Source of the DNA: a bacterium UBA2219 | GTDB taxonomy: Bacteria > Desulfobacterota > Deferrimicrobia > Deferrimicrobiales > Deferrimicrobiaceae | Length of the DNA stretch: 41,054 nucleotides | Assembly (NCBI GenBank): GCA_002327765.1 | Contig: DCUH01000008.1 | Location: 24,330 to 65,383 of the forward strand | Reading direction: 5' to 3' | Shown: one piece after another, positions 1 to 9,127 of the stretch | Numbering within the stretch: position 1 is the first letter of the stretch | Layout: each line of letters starts with the position of its first letter | Program-made: the position numbers and the translations under genes | Notes under the pieces: generated by a model | What the model was told of the DNA's origin: nothing | What the model saw: the letters and a program-made list of their open reading frames with translations, nothing else | Database searches by the model: none

Positions 1-5
1 TTTCA

Positions 6-21
6 ATCAACTATCGTGCCA
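6..21 (-). promoter_or_regulatory. sigma54 -24/-12 promoter (GG/GA variant) for the next gene beyond the left edge
   Basis: Minus strand reads TGGCAC-GATAG-TTGAT, with exact -24/-12 spacing, in the AT-rich gap after the flagellar operon. Confidence 0.7.
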
Positions 22-96
22 TCTTTGGCAACCATTGATCTGCAAAGAGAATTCAAGCGTACAGCCGCCGCTTCCCGGGTTCCGCGGGGAAAAATA

Positions 97-603
97 TCAC
101 TGCGCGGGAAAATTTTTCACTCCGGAGGCCATCCTGCGGACCAGGGCGGCGGCCCTCTTCGGCTCCATGGCCGAGAGCACGCTGCTGGCCTTGCGCCCCT
201 TCATCCTCGAGAGGATGGCGGCGGCCATGCCTTCGTCCAGGGCATCGATCCGGGGGGCGGCCGTCTCCGGCGTCATTCCCTCGAACAGCTTCACGAGGTT
301 GTCGACCTTCGCCTCGTCCTCCTCCCGCCTGCGCTTCTCCCTCGCCTCCACGTCGGCGAGGAGCTTCTCGTATTTCGAGATCTTCGCGTCGACCTCTTTC
401 CGGAGGGAGAGGAGCCGCTCCTCTTCCGCCTTCACCGCCCTTTCCCGCTCGGCCAGCTCCGCCGCGCGGTCGGGCGACGCGGCGGCGGGGGCGGCCTGCG
501 GCGCCTCGGCCGGGGAAGCCGCGAATGCGTCCGGGACGACGGCCTGAAGGAAGGCCGCGAGCAGTACCGGGAGGAGCGCCCGGACGGCGCGCCGGGGCCT
601 CAC
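97..603 (-). CDS. MotE/FlbB-like flagellar protein (MgtE_N-like domain)
   Basis: Signal/TM segment, coiled coil, then LVKLFEGMTPETAA...ILSRMKGRKASSVLSAMEPKRAA; follows fliJ with a 4-nt overlap. Confidence 0.75.
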   Translation of the reverse strand: MRPRRAVRALLPVLLAAFLQAVVPDAFAASPAEAPQAAPAAASPDRAAELAERERAVKAEEERLLSLRKEVDAKISKYEKLLADVEAREKRRREEDEAKVDNLVKLFEGMTPETAAPRIDALDEGMAAAILSRMKGRKASSVLSAMEPKRAAALVRRMASGVKNFPAQ

Positions 604-1040
604 GACTTCCCCTGCCGCATCGTGAAGATCGAGTCCATCTCCTTGCGCTCCTTCCGCAGCTCCTCTTTCAGGTTCTCCCGGGTGCGGCGGTCCTTGAGCG
701 CCTCGACGACCCGGGTTTCCTTGTGCGCCTCCACGAGAGCCCCGTGCCTGGCGTCGAGCGACGCGAGGGCGCGGGCGATATCGGCCTTTCTCGAGTCCAT
801 CTCCATCTGGAGGTGGAACAGGTAGCCCTGGTAGATCATCATCTCCTGGGAAGCGAGCGTCCCGCCGGCCTGCTTGCGCCGGAACTCCTCGAGCGTCTCC
901 GTGTACGCCCCCTCGAGCGAGGAGAGCCGCATCTGCTTCACGGCGATGTCGTTGCGAAGGGCGCGGACCTCGAGCTCGATCTCCTCTTCCCGCCGCTCCT
1001 TGAGGTGCAAGACCTTGTTAATCGTTGCGAGCCGGTTCAT
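600..1040 (-). CDS. fliJ: flagellar export protein FliJ
   Basis: 146-aa coiled-coil protein immediately after fliI; C-terminal ERKEMD. Confidence 0.85.
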   Translation of the reverse strand: MNRLATINKVLHLKERREEEIELEVRALRNDIAVKQMRLSSLEGAYTETLEEFRRKQAGGTLASQEMMIYQGYLFHLQMEMDSRKADIARALASLDARHGALVEAHKETRVVEALKDRRTRENLKEELRKERKEMDSIFTMRQGKS

Positions 1041-2358
1041 TGTCGTTTCCGACGAACAGTTTCTGGAGCTGCACGACGCTGTCCCGGAACTTGTACCGCT
1101 CGTTCATCTCCTGCCGCAGGTACATTTTGAGCGACTCGATCATGCGGATGGCGCGGTCCACCTTGGGGTTGGACCCCTCCTTGTAGGCGCCGATGTTGAT
1201 CATGTCCTCGTGCTTGCGGTAGACCGCCAGGACCTCGCCGAAGCGGCCCGCAAGCTCCTTGTGGGCGGGGTCGACGATATCGGGCATCACGCGGCTGATG
1301 GACCGGAGGATGTCGATGGCGGGGTACTGGTTCTCCATCGCCAGCTCGCGGGACAGGACGATGTGGCCGTCGAGTATGGCCATCGACGCGTCCGCCACGG
1401 GGTCCGAGAGGTCGTCCCCCTCGACGAGCACCGTGTAGAGCCCCGTGATGCTCCCCTTCCCCTCCTTCGTGCCCGCGCGCTCGAGGAGCTTGGAGAGGAG
1501 GCTCGTGAGGGAGGGGGTGTACCCCTTGGTCGTCGGGGGTTCTCCCAGGGCGAGCCCGATCTCGCGCTGCGCCATCGCCACGCGCGTCAGCGAGTCCATG
1601 AAGAGGAGGACGTCGTCGCCGCGGTCCCGGAAATACTCCGCGATGGCCGTGGCGGTGAACGCGGCGCGAAGCTTCATCAGCGCCGGCTGCTCGGAGGTGG
1701 AAACCACGACGACGGATTTCCGCATCCCCTCCTCGCCGAGGTTCCGCTCCATGAACTCCCGGACCTCCCGGCCGCGCTCTCCGACGAGGGCAATGACGTT
1801 GACGGAGGCATCGGTGTATTTCGCTATCATCCCCAGGAGGACGCTTTTCCCGACGCCCGCCCCCGCCATGATTCCAAGCCGCTGCCCTTTCCCGCAGGTC
1901 AGGAGGCCGTTCATCGCGCGGATCCCCAGGTCGATGGGCTCCGTGATCCGGCGCCGCTTGAGCGGGTCGGGGGAGGCGCCGAACAGCGGGTGCGCGGGAC
2001 CGCGCAGCGGCCCCTTCCCGTCGAGCGGGTTGCCCATCCCGTCGATGACCCGCCCGATCAGCCCCTGCCCGACGCGGACGAACACCTTCTTCCCTACGGA
2101 GTGGACCCGGCTGCCGAGCTTGATGCGGGAGATGTCGCCGATGGCCATCAGGAGCGCCTTCCCGTCCCGGAAGCCGACGACCTCGGCCCCGACGGGCGAC
2201 CCGCCGTCGGAGAAGATCTCGCACGCCTCCCCGATGGAGACCGACAGGCCGGTGGCCTTGATGAGAAGCCCCGTGATCTCCACGATCCTCCCGTAGACCC
2301 GGAGCGGCTCGCACCGCTCCGCGGCGCGGATGCAGCAGGAGAGGTCAACGCTCGGCAC
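1018..2358 (-). CDS. fliI: flagellar export ATPase FliI
   Basis: Walker A AGAGVGKS, LVGERGREV, DSLTR, GEPP-TKGY, LDGHIVLSR. Confidence 0.97.
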   Translation of the reverse strand: MPSVDLSCCIRAAERCEPLRVYGRIVEITGLLIKATGLSVSIGEACEIFSDGGSPVGAEVVGFRDGKALLMAIGDISRIKLGSRVHSVGKKVFVRVGQGLIGRVIDGMGNPLDGKGPLRGPAHPLFGASPDPLKRRRITEPIDLGIRAMNGLLTCGKGQRLGIMAGAGVGKSVLLGMIAKYTDASVNVIALVGERGREVREFMERNLGEEGMRKSVVVVSTSEQPALMKLRAAFTATAIAEYFRDRGDDVLLFMDSLTRVAMAQREIGLALGEPPTTKGYTPSLTSLLSKLLERAGTKEGKGSITGLYTVLVEGDDLSDPVADASMAILDGHIVLSRELAMENQYPAIDILRSISRVMPDIVDPAHKELAGRFGEVLAVYRKHEDMINIGAYKEGSNPKVDRAIRMIESLKMYLRQEMNERYKFRDSVVQLQKLFVGNDNEPARND

Positions 2359-2980
2359 GCGCGCTCCTCAGCTCGTCCATGATGACGCGGATCTGCTCGT
2401 CGACGTCCGTAAGCACCTCTTCCGTCCCTCCCGTCACGATCGGGCCGTGGACGGGCACGGACGGGTCGACGTCCAGGAGGATGTCCGCCTGGAACTCGGC
2501 CGAGCGCCCTTTCAGGCTCGAGATGACCCGGGAGAGGTCGGGATGGACCCGGATCGTCACCGACCCGGACCGCTCGATCCGGCGGATCGCCTCCTTCACG
2601 ATCTCCACGATGCGCTCGGGGTTCTCGGAGAGCTCCCCGGCGAGGACGCGCCGGGCGACGGCTACGGCGAGCTCGACGACCTGCGGCTCGGTCTCGTGCA
2701 CGACCTGCTTACGGAACTCCTCCACTCCGGCGATCGCGGCCGACAGGCCCGCAAGGATCTGCGCCGCCTCCCGGGCCGCGCTTTCCTCCCCGGCCCTGCG
2801 CCCCTCCGCGAACCCCTTCGCGAACGCTTCCTTCTCGATGTCGGCGGCGGTCCGGGCGGGCGGCGGCGCGATCTTCCGTTCGGACTTCCACGCGGTGCGC
2901 AGCGGCTCCTTCCCCCCCTCGAACGTGGGGAGGTCGAACTTCGATACCGTCTCCTCGGAGACGAGCTTCGCCTTATACAA
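2345..2980 (-). CDS. fliH: flagellar assembly protein FliH
   Basis: AxxxGxxxG repeats (AFAKGFAEGRRAG), VHPD motif, position between fliG and fliI. Confidence 0.88.
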   Translation of the reverse strand: MYKAKLVSEETVSKFDLPTFEGGKEPLRTAWKSERKIAPPPARTAADIEKEAFAKGFAEGRRAGEESAAREAAQILAGLSAAIAGVEEFRKQVVHETEPQVVELAVAVARRVLAGELSENPERIVEIVKEAIRRIERSGSVTIRVHPDLSRVISSLKGRSAEFQADILLDVDPSVPVHGPIVTGGTEEVLTDVDEQIRVIMDELRSARAER

Positions 2981-3968
2981 CGACTTCCTCCGCGCCGCCG
3001 CGGCCGATCACGATCTTGCCCTCCTGCTCGAGCTTCCGGGCGACCCCCACGATCTTGAGCTGCGCCTTCTCGACGTCGGTCACCTTGACCGGCCCCTTCG
3101 TCGCGATCTCCTCCTTCAGGATCTCGGAGGCCCGCTGCGACATGTTCTTGAAGATCTTCGCCTTCAGCCCGTCGGAGGCGGTCTTGAGCGCCAGGGAAAG
3201 CTCCTCGGTGCTGACTTCCTTCAGGACCATCTGGATGGAGCGGTCGTCGAGCTCGACGAGGTCGTCGAACACGAACATGAGCTCGCGGATCGAGTCGGCG
3301 AGCGCCTTGTCCTTCTCCTCGAGCTTCAGGAACAGCGCCTCCTCCGTCGAGCGGTCGGAATGGTTCAGGATCTCGGCGATCGTCTTCATCCCGCCCACCT
3401 TGATGCCGGCTGCGCTGACCCCCATCTCGACCTGGCTGTCGAACACGTCCCGGATCTCCTCGATGGCGGTCTCCGGGATCCGCTCGGTGACGGCGATCCG
3501 CATCGCGACGTTGGCCCGCAGGTCCTCGTTGAAGAGCGCCAGCACCTCGGCCGCGCGGACCGGCTCGAGGAGGCAAAGGATGAACGCCACGGTCTGCGGG
3601 TGCTCGCCCATGAGGAGGTTCGCCAGCGCCCAGGGGTCGACCCAGCGCAGCGAGTCGAAGGGGGCGTCCTTCAGCGCGCGCTCGAGCACCTTGGTCGCGT
3701 TGTCCTCGCCGAAACCCTTCGAGAGGACCTTCTTGATGTACTCGTCGCCGGCGACGAACTGGATGTCGTCGCGCGCGATGATCCCGGTGACTTCCTTCAG
3801 GACCGTCTCGAGCGTGTCCTTCTTGATCGTCTTGAGGCGGCTCATCTGCGTGGTGATCTTGCCGACCTCGTGCATGTCGAGGCTTTTCAGCACCTCGGCC
3901 GCGGTCTCCTCCCCGACGAGGCTCAGGAGGATCGCGGATTTCTCCTGTCCGCTGAGCTGGTTGGCCAT
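2973..3968 (-). CDS. fliG: flagellar motor switch protein FliG
   Basis: KSAILL, EHPQT, GG linker and MFVFDD motifs. Confidence 0.97.
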   Translation of the reverse strand: MANQLSGQEKSAILLSLVGEETAAEVLKSLDMHEVGKITTQMSRLKTIKKDTLETVLKEVTGIIARDDIQFVAGDEYIKKVLSKGFGEDNATKVLERALKDAPFDSLRWVDPWALANLLMGEHPQTVAFILCLLEPVRAAEVLALFNEDLRANVAMRIAVTERIPETAIEEIRDVFDSQVEMGVSAAGIKVGGMKTIAEILNHSDRSTEEALFLKLEEKDKALADSIRELMFVFDDLVELDDRSIQMVLKEVSTEELSLALKTASDGLKAKIFKNMSQRASEILKEEIATKGPVKVTDVEKAQLKIVGVARKLEQEGKIVIGRGGAEEVVV

Positions 3969-5507
3969 CTAACGGATCCATCCCTTGATGATGTTCGCGG
4001 CGTCCTGCGGGTTCTTTCGGGCCCACTCGGTCACCTGCTCCTTGACCGGGAGCTCCTTCTGCTGCGCCGCGGCCATCTGGCCCGCGAGCTCGCCCGCCGA
4101 GGGGGAGATCGTCCCGCGGTAGGCGGCGCCGCCGCCCCCGCCGGCCGCCGACAGCGACTGCGCGAGCGGCCGCAGCACGAACAGGGAGAGGAGGATCACC
4201 GCGAGCAGCGGCGCCGCGTACCGGGCCGCCGGCGCCGCCATTGCCACGTAGTCGGTCTTGGCGGGCGGGAGCTCCTCCTCGCGGGCGACGTCGAACGGCA
4301 TGTTCACGACCTTGACCTGGTCGCCGCGGTCCTGGGTGAAGCCGATGGTCTCCTTTACCAGCTCCTCGTACCGGCGGATCTCCTCCTCCTTGCGCGGGAC
4401 GTACTTCATCTCCTTCGATCCCTGCTGGGCGACGTAGGTGCCGTCCACGAGGACCGCGGCCGTGATCTTCTTGACCGCGCCAGGGGCGTTGACCGTCCGG
4501 CTGATCACCTTCGTGATCTCGTAGTTGACCGTCTGGCTCTGCTTCTCGGACGAGCCCTGCGCCGGGTTGGAGGCGACCGCCTTCTTCCCCGGGAGGTTCG
4601 AGGTCACGCCCGGGACGCCGCTGGCGCCGACGGTGGAGGACTTCTCGGTCTGCTTCTGCTCGCTGCGGACGACCTGGCTCTCCGGGTCGAACTTCTCCTC
4701 GGTCGTCTCCACGCGGCTCATGTCGATCTCGGCGGAGACCTTCGCCCGCACCTTCCCCTTGCCGACGACGGGCTCGAGGATGGACGCGATCCGCGTCTCG
4801 AGGTCGTGCGTGAAGCTGCTCTGGAACTCGAACTGGCTCGCGCTCATGCCCACGAGGTCGCCCGAGGGCCTCGACAGGATGTTGCCCCTCGTGTCGACGA
4901 CGGTCACGTCCTTGGAGTCGAGCCCCTCGACGCTGCTGGCGACGAGGTGGACGACCCCCTCCACCTGGTTGACGGTCAGGCTCCGCCCCTGCCGGAGCTT
5001 CACGAGCACGGAGGAGGTGGCCCGGTTCTCCTCGCCTTCCCGCACGAACAGCGACTTCTCCGGGATCGCGAGGTGGACGCGGCACTGCTCCACGGGCCCC
5101 ATCGCCATGATGGTCCGGGCGAGCTCTCCCTGGAGCGCCCTCTTGTAGTTGAGCTTCTGGACAAACTCGGTGGTGCCGAAGGACGTCTTGTCGAAGATCT
5201 CGAAGCCGATCCCTCCGCCCTGCGGCAGCCCCTGGGAGGCGAGCTGGAGGCGCGCGTCGTAGACCTTGCTCGTCGGAACGTAGATCCCGCCCGCCTCGGC
5301 GCGGTACGGGATCTTCATCTCCTTGAGCTTCAGGGCGATCTGGCCGGAGTCGGCCTCGGACAGGTTCGCGAAGAGGACCTGGTATTCCTCCTTCTGGGAC
5401 CACGAGAACGCCAGGACGACGAGGGCGATGGAGGCGACGATCACCGACAGCGCGACCGCCTTCTTCCGTGCCGGCCAGTCCTTGACGACGTCGATCATGT
5501 TGGGCAT
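3969..5507 (-). CDS. fliF: flagellar M-ring protein FliF
   Basis: GFEIFD, RALQGELARTI, RVHLAIP, LVASSVEGL; two TM segments. Confidence 0.97.
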   Translation of the reverse strand: MPNMIDVVKDWPARKKAVALSVIVASIALVVLAFSWSQKEEYQVLFANLSEADSGQIALKLKEMKIPYRAEAGGIYVPTSKVYDARLQLASQGLPQGGGIGFEIFDKTSFGTTEFVQKLNYKRALQGELARTIMAMGPVEQCRVHLAIPEKSLFVREGEENRATSSVLVKLRQGRSLTVNQVEGVVHLVASSVEGLDSKDVTVVDTRGNILSRPSGDLVGMSASQFEFQSSFTHDLETRIASILEPVVGKGKVRAKVSAEIDMSRVETTEEKFDPESQVVRSEQKQTEKSSTVGASGVPGVTSNLPGKKAVASNPAQGSSEKQSQTVNYEITKVISRTVNAPGAVKKITAAVLVDGTYVAQQGSKEMKYVPRKEEEIRRYEELVKETIGFTQDRGDQVKVVNMPFDVAREEELPPAKTDYVAMAAPAARYAAPLLAVILLSLFVLRPLAQSLSAAGGGGGAAYRGTISPSAGELAGQMAAAQQKELPVKEQVTEWARKNPQDAANIIKGWIR

Positions 5508-5542
5508 CCCTTGCGGTCCTCGCTTCCTTGTTTAAGAAAACG

Positions 5543-5836
5543 TCAGATGGACATCCTCATCACTTCCTGGTAGGCGTCGATCAGCCGGTTGCGGACCTCG
5601 ACCATCGTCTGGAAGGTCATGTCCGCCTTCTCCATCGCGATGATGGCGCTGGTCACGTCGCCACCGGAGGTGAGCTCCTTCACCGCCGTCTCCGTGTCCT
5701 TCTGCACCTGGGAGATCTTCCCCAGCGCGTCCTTGAGCAGGTCGTCGAAACCCGCCGCGCCGCCCGGCTTGGCGACCCCTACCGCCGGCGAAACGCTACC
5801 GACGCTCCCGATTCCGCGGATCAGCATGTCCGTCAT
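5543..5836 (-). CDS. fliE: flagellar hook-basal body protein FliE
   Basis: VEVRNRLIDAYQEVMRM C-terminus; GGAGG 5 nt before the ATG at 5836. Confidence 0.95.
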   Translation of the reverse strand: MTDMLIRGIGSVGSVSPAVGVAKPGGAAGFDDLLKDALGKISQVQKDTETAVKELTSGGDVTSAIIAMEKADMTFQTMVEVRNRLIDAYQEVMRMSI

Positions 5837-6249
5837 CACACCCTCCCGAGCTCGAGCGACTTGAGCATCATGGTCTTGGCCGTGTTGTAGGTCGCCACGG
5901 AGGCCTCGTACGCCCGGTAGGCCATCATCATGTTGACCATCTCCTCCATCGCGTTGATGTCCGGCATCAGCACGACCCCTTCCTCGTTGGCGTCGGGGTG
6001 GCCGGGGTCGTAGACCGGCTTGGGCGGTTTTCCGTCGGTCACGACGTCGGCAACCTTGACACCCTTGAGCTCCGTCGAGCCGGATTCGAGGGCGGCGGAG
6101 GCGAAGACGACGTCCTGCCGCTTGTACGGCCCGCCCTCCTCCGTCCGGGTGGACTGCGCGTTCGCCAGGTTCGATGCGATGACGTTCATGCGGCGCCGCT
6201 GCGCCTCGAGGGCCGACCCGCTGATCGAAAGGATGTCGAAGGAATTCAT
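5836..6249 (-). CDS. flgC: flagellar basal-body rod protein FlgC
   Basis: ASNLANAQST, GGPYKRQ, YDPGHPDA, RAYEAS. Confidence 0.97.
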   Translation of the reverse strand: MNSFDILSISGSALEAQRRRMNVIASNLANAQSTRTEEGGPYKRQDVVFASAALESGSTELKGVKVADVVTDGKPPKPVYDPGHPDANEEGVVLMPDINAMEEMVNMMMAYRAYEASVATYNTAKTMMLKSLELGRV

Positions 6250-6252
6250 CGG

Positions 6253-6621
6253 TTACGTCCTCTTCAGTGCCTGTTTGTACATCTGGATGTTCTTGGAAAG
6301 GATCGTCGTGGCGGCCTGGAAAAAGATAGCGTTTTCGGTCATTTTTGCCACTTCCACGTCGAGTTCCACGTTGTTCTGGTCGCCCCAGGGAGACCGCTGG
6401 TCCGAGTCGACGCCGCCGCCTGCGGCCACGCCGGCCGGCGACATGTGGCCCGGGCTCGTGTTCCGCAGCTCGATGGTCGCCTCCGAAAGCGACTCGTTGA
6501 ACTTTACGTCCCGGGCCTTGTAGCCCGGGGTGTCGACGTTGGCGATGTTGGACGCGATGACCCCGTGGCGCATGGTCGACGCCCGGAGATGGCCTTCGAG
6601 GGTTTTGAAGATATCGCTCAT
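6253..6621 (-). CDS. flgB: flagellar basal-body rod protein FlgB
   Basis: IASNIANVDTPGYKARD and DQNNVELD; AGGAG RBS. Confidence 0.97.
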   Translation of the reverse strand: MSDIFKTLEGHLRASTMRHGVIASNIANVDTPGYKARDVKFNESLSEATIELRNTSPGHMSPAGVAAGGGVDSDQRSPWGDQNNVELDVEVAKMTENAIFFQAATTILSKNIQMYKQALKRT

Positions 6622-6636
6622 GTTGACTCCTGTTTA

Positions 6637-6653
6637 TTCAACAACCATGCCAA
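6637..6653 (-). promoter_or_regulatory. sigma54 promoter (GG/GA variant) of the flgB operon
   Basis: Minus strand TTGGCAT-GGTTG-TTGAA fills the short gap before the flgB RBS. Confidence 0.7.
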
Positions 6654-6662
6654 TGAATAAAA

Positions 6663-7937
6663 TCACTGCCCGTACTCGGCCAGCTTGTTCCGGATCGTCC
6701 GTACCGTCACGCCGAGGATCGTCGCGGCCTTCGCCTTGTTCCCCCCGACCTCCTTGAGGGTCCGCAGGATCAGCTCCTTCTCCATGTCGCGAATTTTCCC
6801 AGCGAATCCGGCAGGTTCCTCCTGGTCGTCGAACAGGAGATCGTCCGGCCCGATGTGGTCCCCGCAGCAGAGGAGGACGGCCCGCCGGATCACGTTCTCC
6901 AGCTCGCGGACGTTCCCGCGCCACGGCCGGCTCGAAAGCAGCGCCATCCCCGCGTCCGTGAACCCCAGGGGCCCCTTGCCCTCGGCGGCGGAAAATTTTT
7001 CCGCGAAATGCGCCGCCAGCAACGGGATATCCGGGGGACGCTCGCGCAGCGGCGGCAGCCGAACGGGGAACACGTTGAGCCGGTAGAACAGGTCCTCCCG
7101 GAACCGCCCTTCCCGGCACTCCTTCTGGAGGTCCCGGTTCGTCGTGGCGATCACGCGGACGTCGACGGGGACGGGCTCCTTGCCGCCGACCCGGTCGACC
7201 TCCCTTTCCTGCAGGACGCGCAGCAGCTTGGGCTGGAGGGAGAGCGGCATCTCGCCGATCTCGTCGAGGAGGATCGTCCCGCCGGCGGCGAGCTCGATCT
7301 TGCCGGTCTTGCGCTCGGCGGCGCCGGTAAACGCCCCCTTCTCGTGCCCGAACAGCTCGGACTCCATCAGGTTCTCGGGGATCGCTCCGCAGTTGACGGC
7401 GACGAAGGGGTGATCGGCCCTGCGGCCGGTCTCGTGGATGAAGCGCGCGAGGAGCTCCTTCCCCGTGCCGCTTTCCCCGTGGATCAGGACGGAGATGTCG
7501 CTTGCCGCGATGTTGCGCGCCAGGGCGAGGATCTTCTCCATCCCCGGGTCGGCCGTGAGGATCCCGCGGGACGGCGCGGGGCGCGCCATCACCGACTCGA
7601 CCGCCTTCTTCAAGGAATCGAAGGAGAAAGGCTTCAGGAGGTAGTCCGTCGCCCCCTCCCGCATCGTCTCCACGGCGTTCTCCACGGTTCCGTAGCCGGT
7701 GATGACGAGGACCGGCTGGCTGGCGGAGCGCCGGCGGATCTCCCGCAGCAGGGTCAACCCGTCCATGCCGGGCATCTTCATGTCGGTCACGACGAGCGCG
7801 TAGTTCGTCCGGGCGATGCGCCCGATCGCCTCCAGGCCGTTCTCGCACACGTCCGCCCCATGGCCGATCTTCCGGATCGCCTCCTTCAGGGCGGAGCGCA
7901 TCTGGGGGTCGTCGTCGACGACGAGGATCGGCTTCAC
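6663..7937 (-). CDS. sigma54-dependent response regulator (FleR/FlrC/FlgR-like)
   Basis: Receiver (VVDDD, TDMKMP), GESGTGKE, GAFTGA, Fis-type HTH; directly upstream of flgB. Confidence 0.93.
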   Translation of the reverse strand: MKPILVVDDDPQMRSALKEAIRKIGHGADVCENGLEAIGRIARTNYALVVTDMKMPGMDGLTLLREIRRRSASQPVLVITGYGTVENAVETMREGATDYLLKPFSFDSLKKAVESVMARPAPSRGILTADPGMEKILALARNIAASDISVLIHGESGTGKELLARFIHETGRRADHPFVAVNCGAIPENLMESELFGHEKGAFTGAAERKTGKIELAAGGTILLDEIGEMPLSLQPKLLRVLQEREVDRVGGKEPVPVDVRVIATTNRDLQKECREGRFREDLFYRLNVFPVRLPPLRERPPDIPLLAAHFAEKFSAAEGKGPLGFTDAGMALLSSRPWRGNVRELENVIRRAVLLCCGDHIGPDDLLFDDQEEPAGFAGKIRDMEKELILRTLKEVGGNKAKAATILGVTVRTIRNKLAEYGQ

Positions 7938-9127
7938 GCGGCGGGCTCCTCCCGTGCGGTCGCGGGCGGGAAGTGGAGCTCGAAGACGCTGCCCATGCCC
8001 GGCGCGCTGCGGACCCGGATGAACCCGCGATGGGCCTCCATGATCCGCGAGGCGATCGCCAGCCCCAGCCCCGCTCCCTTCACCTTCGTGCTGTAGAACG
8101 GGTCGAAGATCCGCTCCAGGTTCTCCTCCCGGATCCCCTCACCCTCGTCGGACACCTCGATGACCGCGCCGCCGCCCTCCCTGCGGACGGAGACGCCGAT
8201 GCGCCCGCCGTCGTTCGTTGCCTGCACGGCGTTGAGCACCACGTTCAGAAGGACCTGCTTGAGGAGCTCCGCGTCGCCGGCGAGGAACGGGTTCTCCGCG
8301 ATGTCGCGGTCGACCGGGATCCCGCGCGACGCCGTCATCGGCTCCAGCAGGCGCAGCGTCTCCCCCACCACGGAGGCCGCGTCGATCCTCGCGATCGACG
8401 GCTTCTGCTGCCGGGCGAAAAGCAGCATGTTGGTGAGGATGTTGTTCAGGCTCAGGATCCCGCTCGAGATCCCGCGGGAAAGGCGGGACGCCTCGCCGTC
8501 GCCGAGCTCGCTCTCGAGCATCGTCGCGTAGAGCTCGATGCTGCAGAGGGGGCTGCGGATCTCGTGCACGATCTTGGCGGCCATCTCGCCCATCCGGATG
8601 AGACGGCGGTTCCGCTCGGACTGGGATTCCAGCTCCTTCATCCGGGTGATGTCCTGGATCAGCAGCACGCAGCCCCGGACGGCCCCTTCGGGATCCACGA
8701 CGTCCGAGCGGGACGCGAAGACGTCGAACCGCTTCCCGTTGGCGACGAGGGCCGTGTCGCCCCCCTCGCACACCAGGGAGAAACCGAGCGACTCGAACGG
8801 GCGCCCGACGGCGTCCGCGGCGGAGGGGCCGATCATCTCGACCGCGGCCCGGTTCACCATCGCCACGTTCCCGTCCCGGTCGAGCACGATGAGCGCCTCG
8901 GCCATGCTCTGGAGGATGCACCGCAGGCTGTCCTTCGCGGAAGTGGCGTCCGCCAGCGCCGCCTTGAGCTGCTCGTTGCGCTCCTCGAGCTCGACCGTCA
9001 GGTACCGGACCTTCTCCCGCAGCATGTCGTAATACCGCTCGAGCAGCCCGGACGTGGCCGCGAACGAGGAGAACGCCTCGTTCAGATGCCGGATCCGGTC
9101 CGCCGGGACCTCGCCGCTATTGCCCAT
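7934..9127 (-). CDS. PAS-domain cytoplasmic histidine kinase (FleS/FlrB/FlgS-like)
   Basis: H-box VHEIRSPL, N-box NVVLNAVQA, DEGEGI, FDPFYSTK, GAGLGL; no TM segment. Confidence 0.93.
   Translation of the reverse strand: MGNSGEVPADRIRHLNEAFSSFAATSGLLERYYDMLREKVRYLTVELEERNEQLKAALADATSAKDSLRCILQSMAEALIVLDRDGNVAMVNRAAVEMIGPSAADAVGRPFESLGFSLVCEGGDTALVANGKRFDVFASRSDVVDPEGAVRGCVLLIQDITRMKELESQSERNRRLIRMGEMAAKIVHEIRSPLCSIELYATMLESELGDGEASRLSRGISSGILSLNNILTNMLLFARQQKPSIARIDAASVVGETLRLLEPMTASRGIPVDRDIAENPFLAGDAELLKQVLLNVVLNAVQATNDGGRIGVSVRREGGGAVIEVSDEGEGIREENLERIFDPFYSTKVKGAGLGLAIASRIMEAHRGFIRVRSAPGMGSVFELHFPPATAREEPAA

Noticed and set aside
25-45. Plus-strand sigma54 motif TTGGCAACCATTGATCTGC
   Set aside because: The -12 element is not at the required spacing and no plus-strand gene follows.
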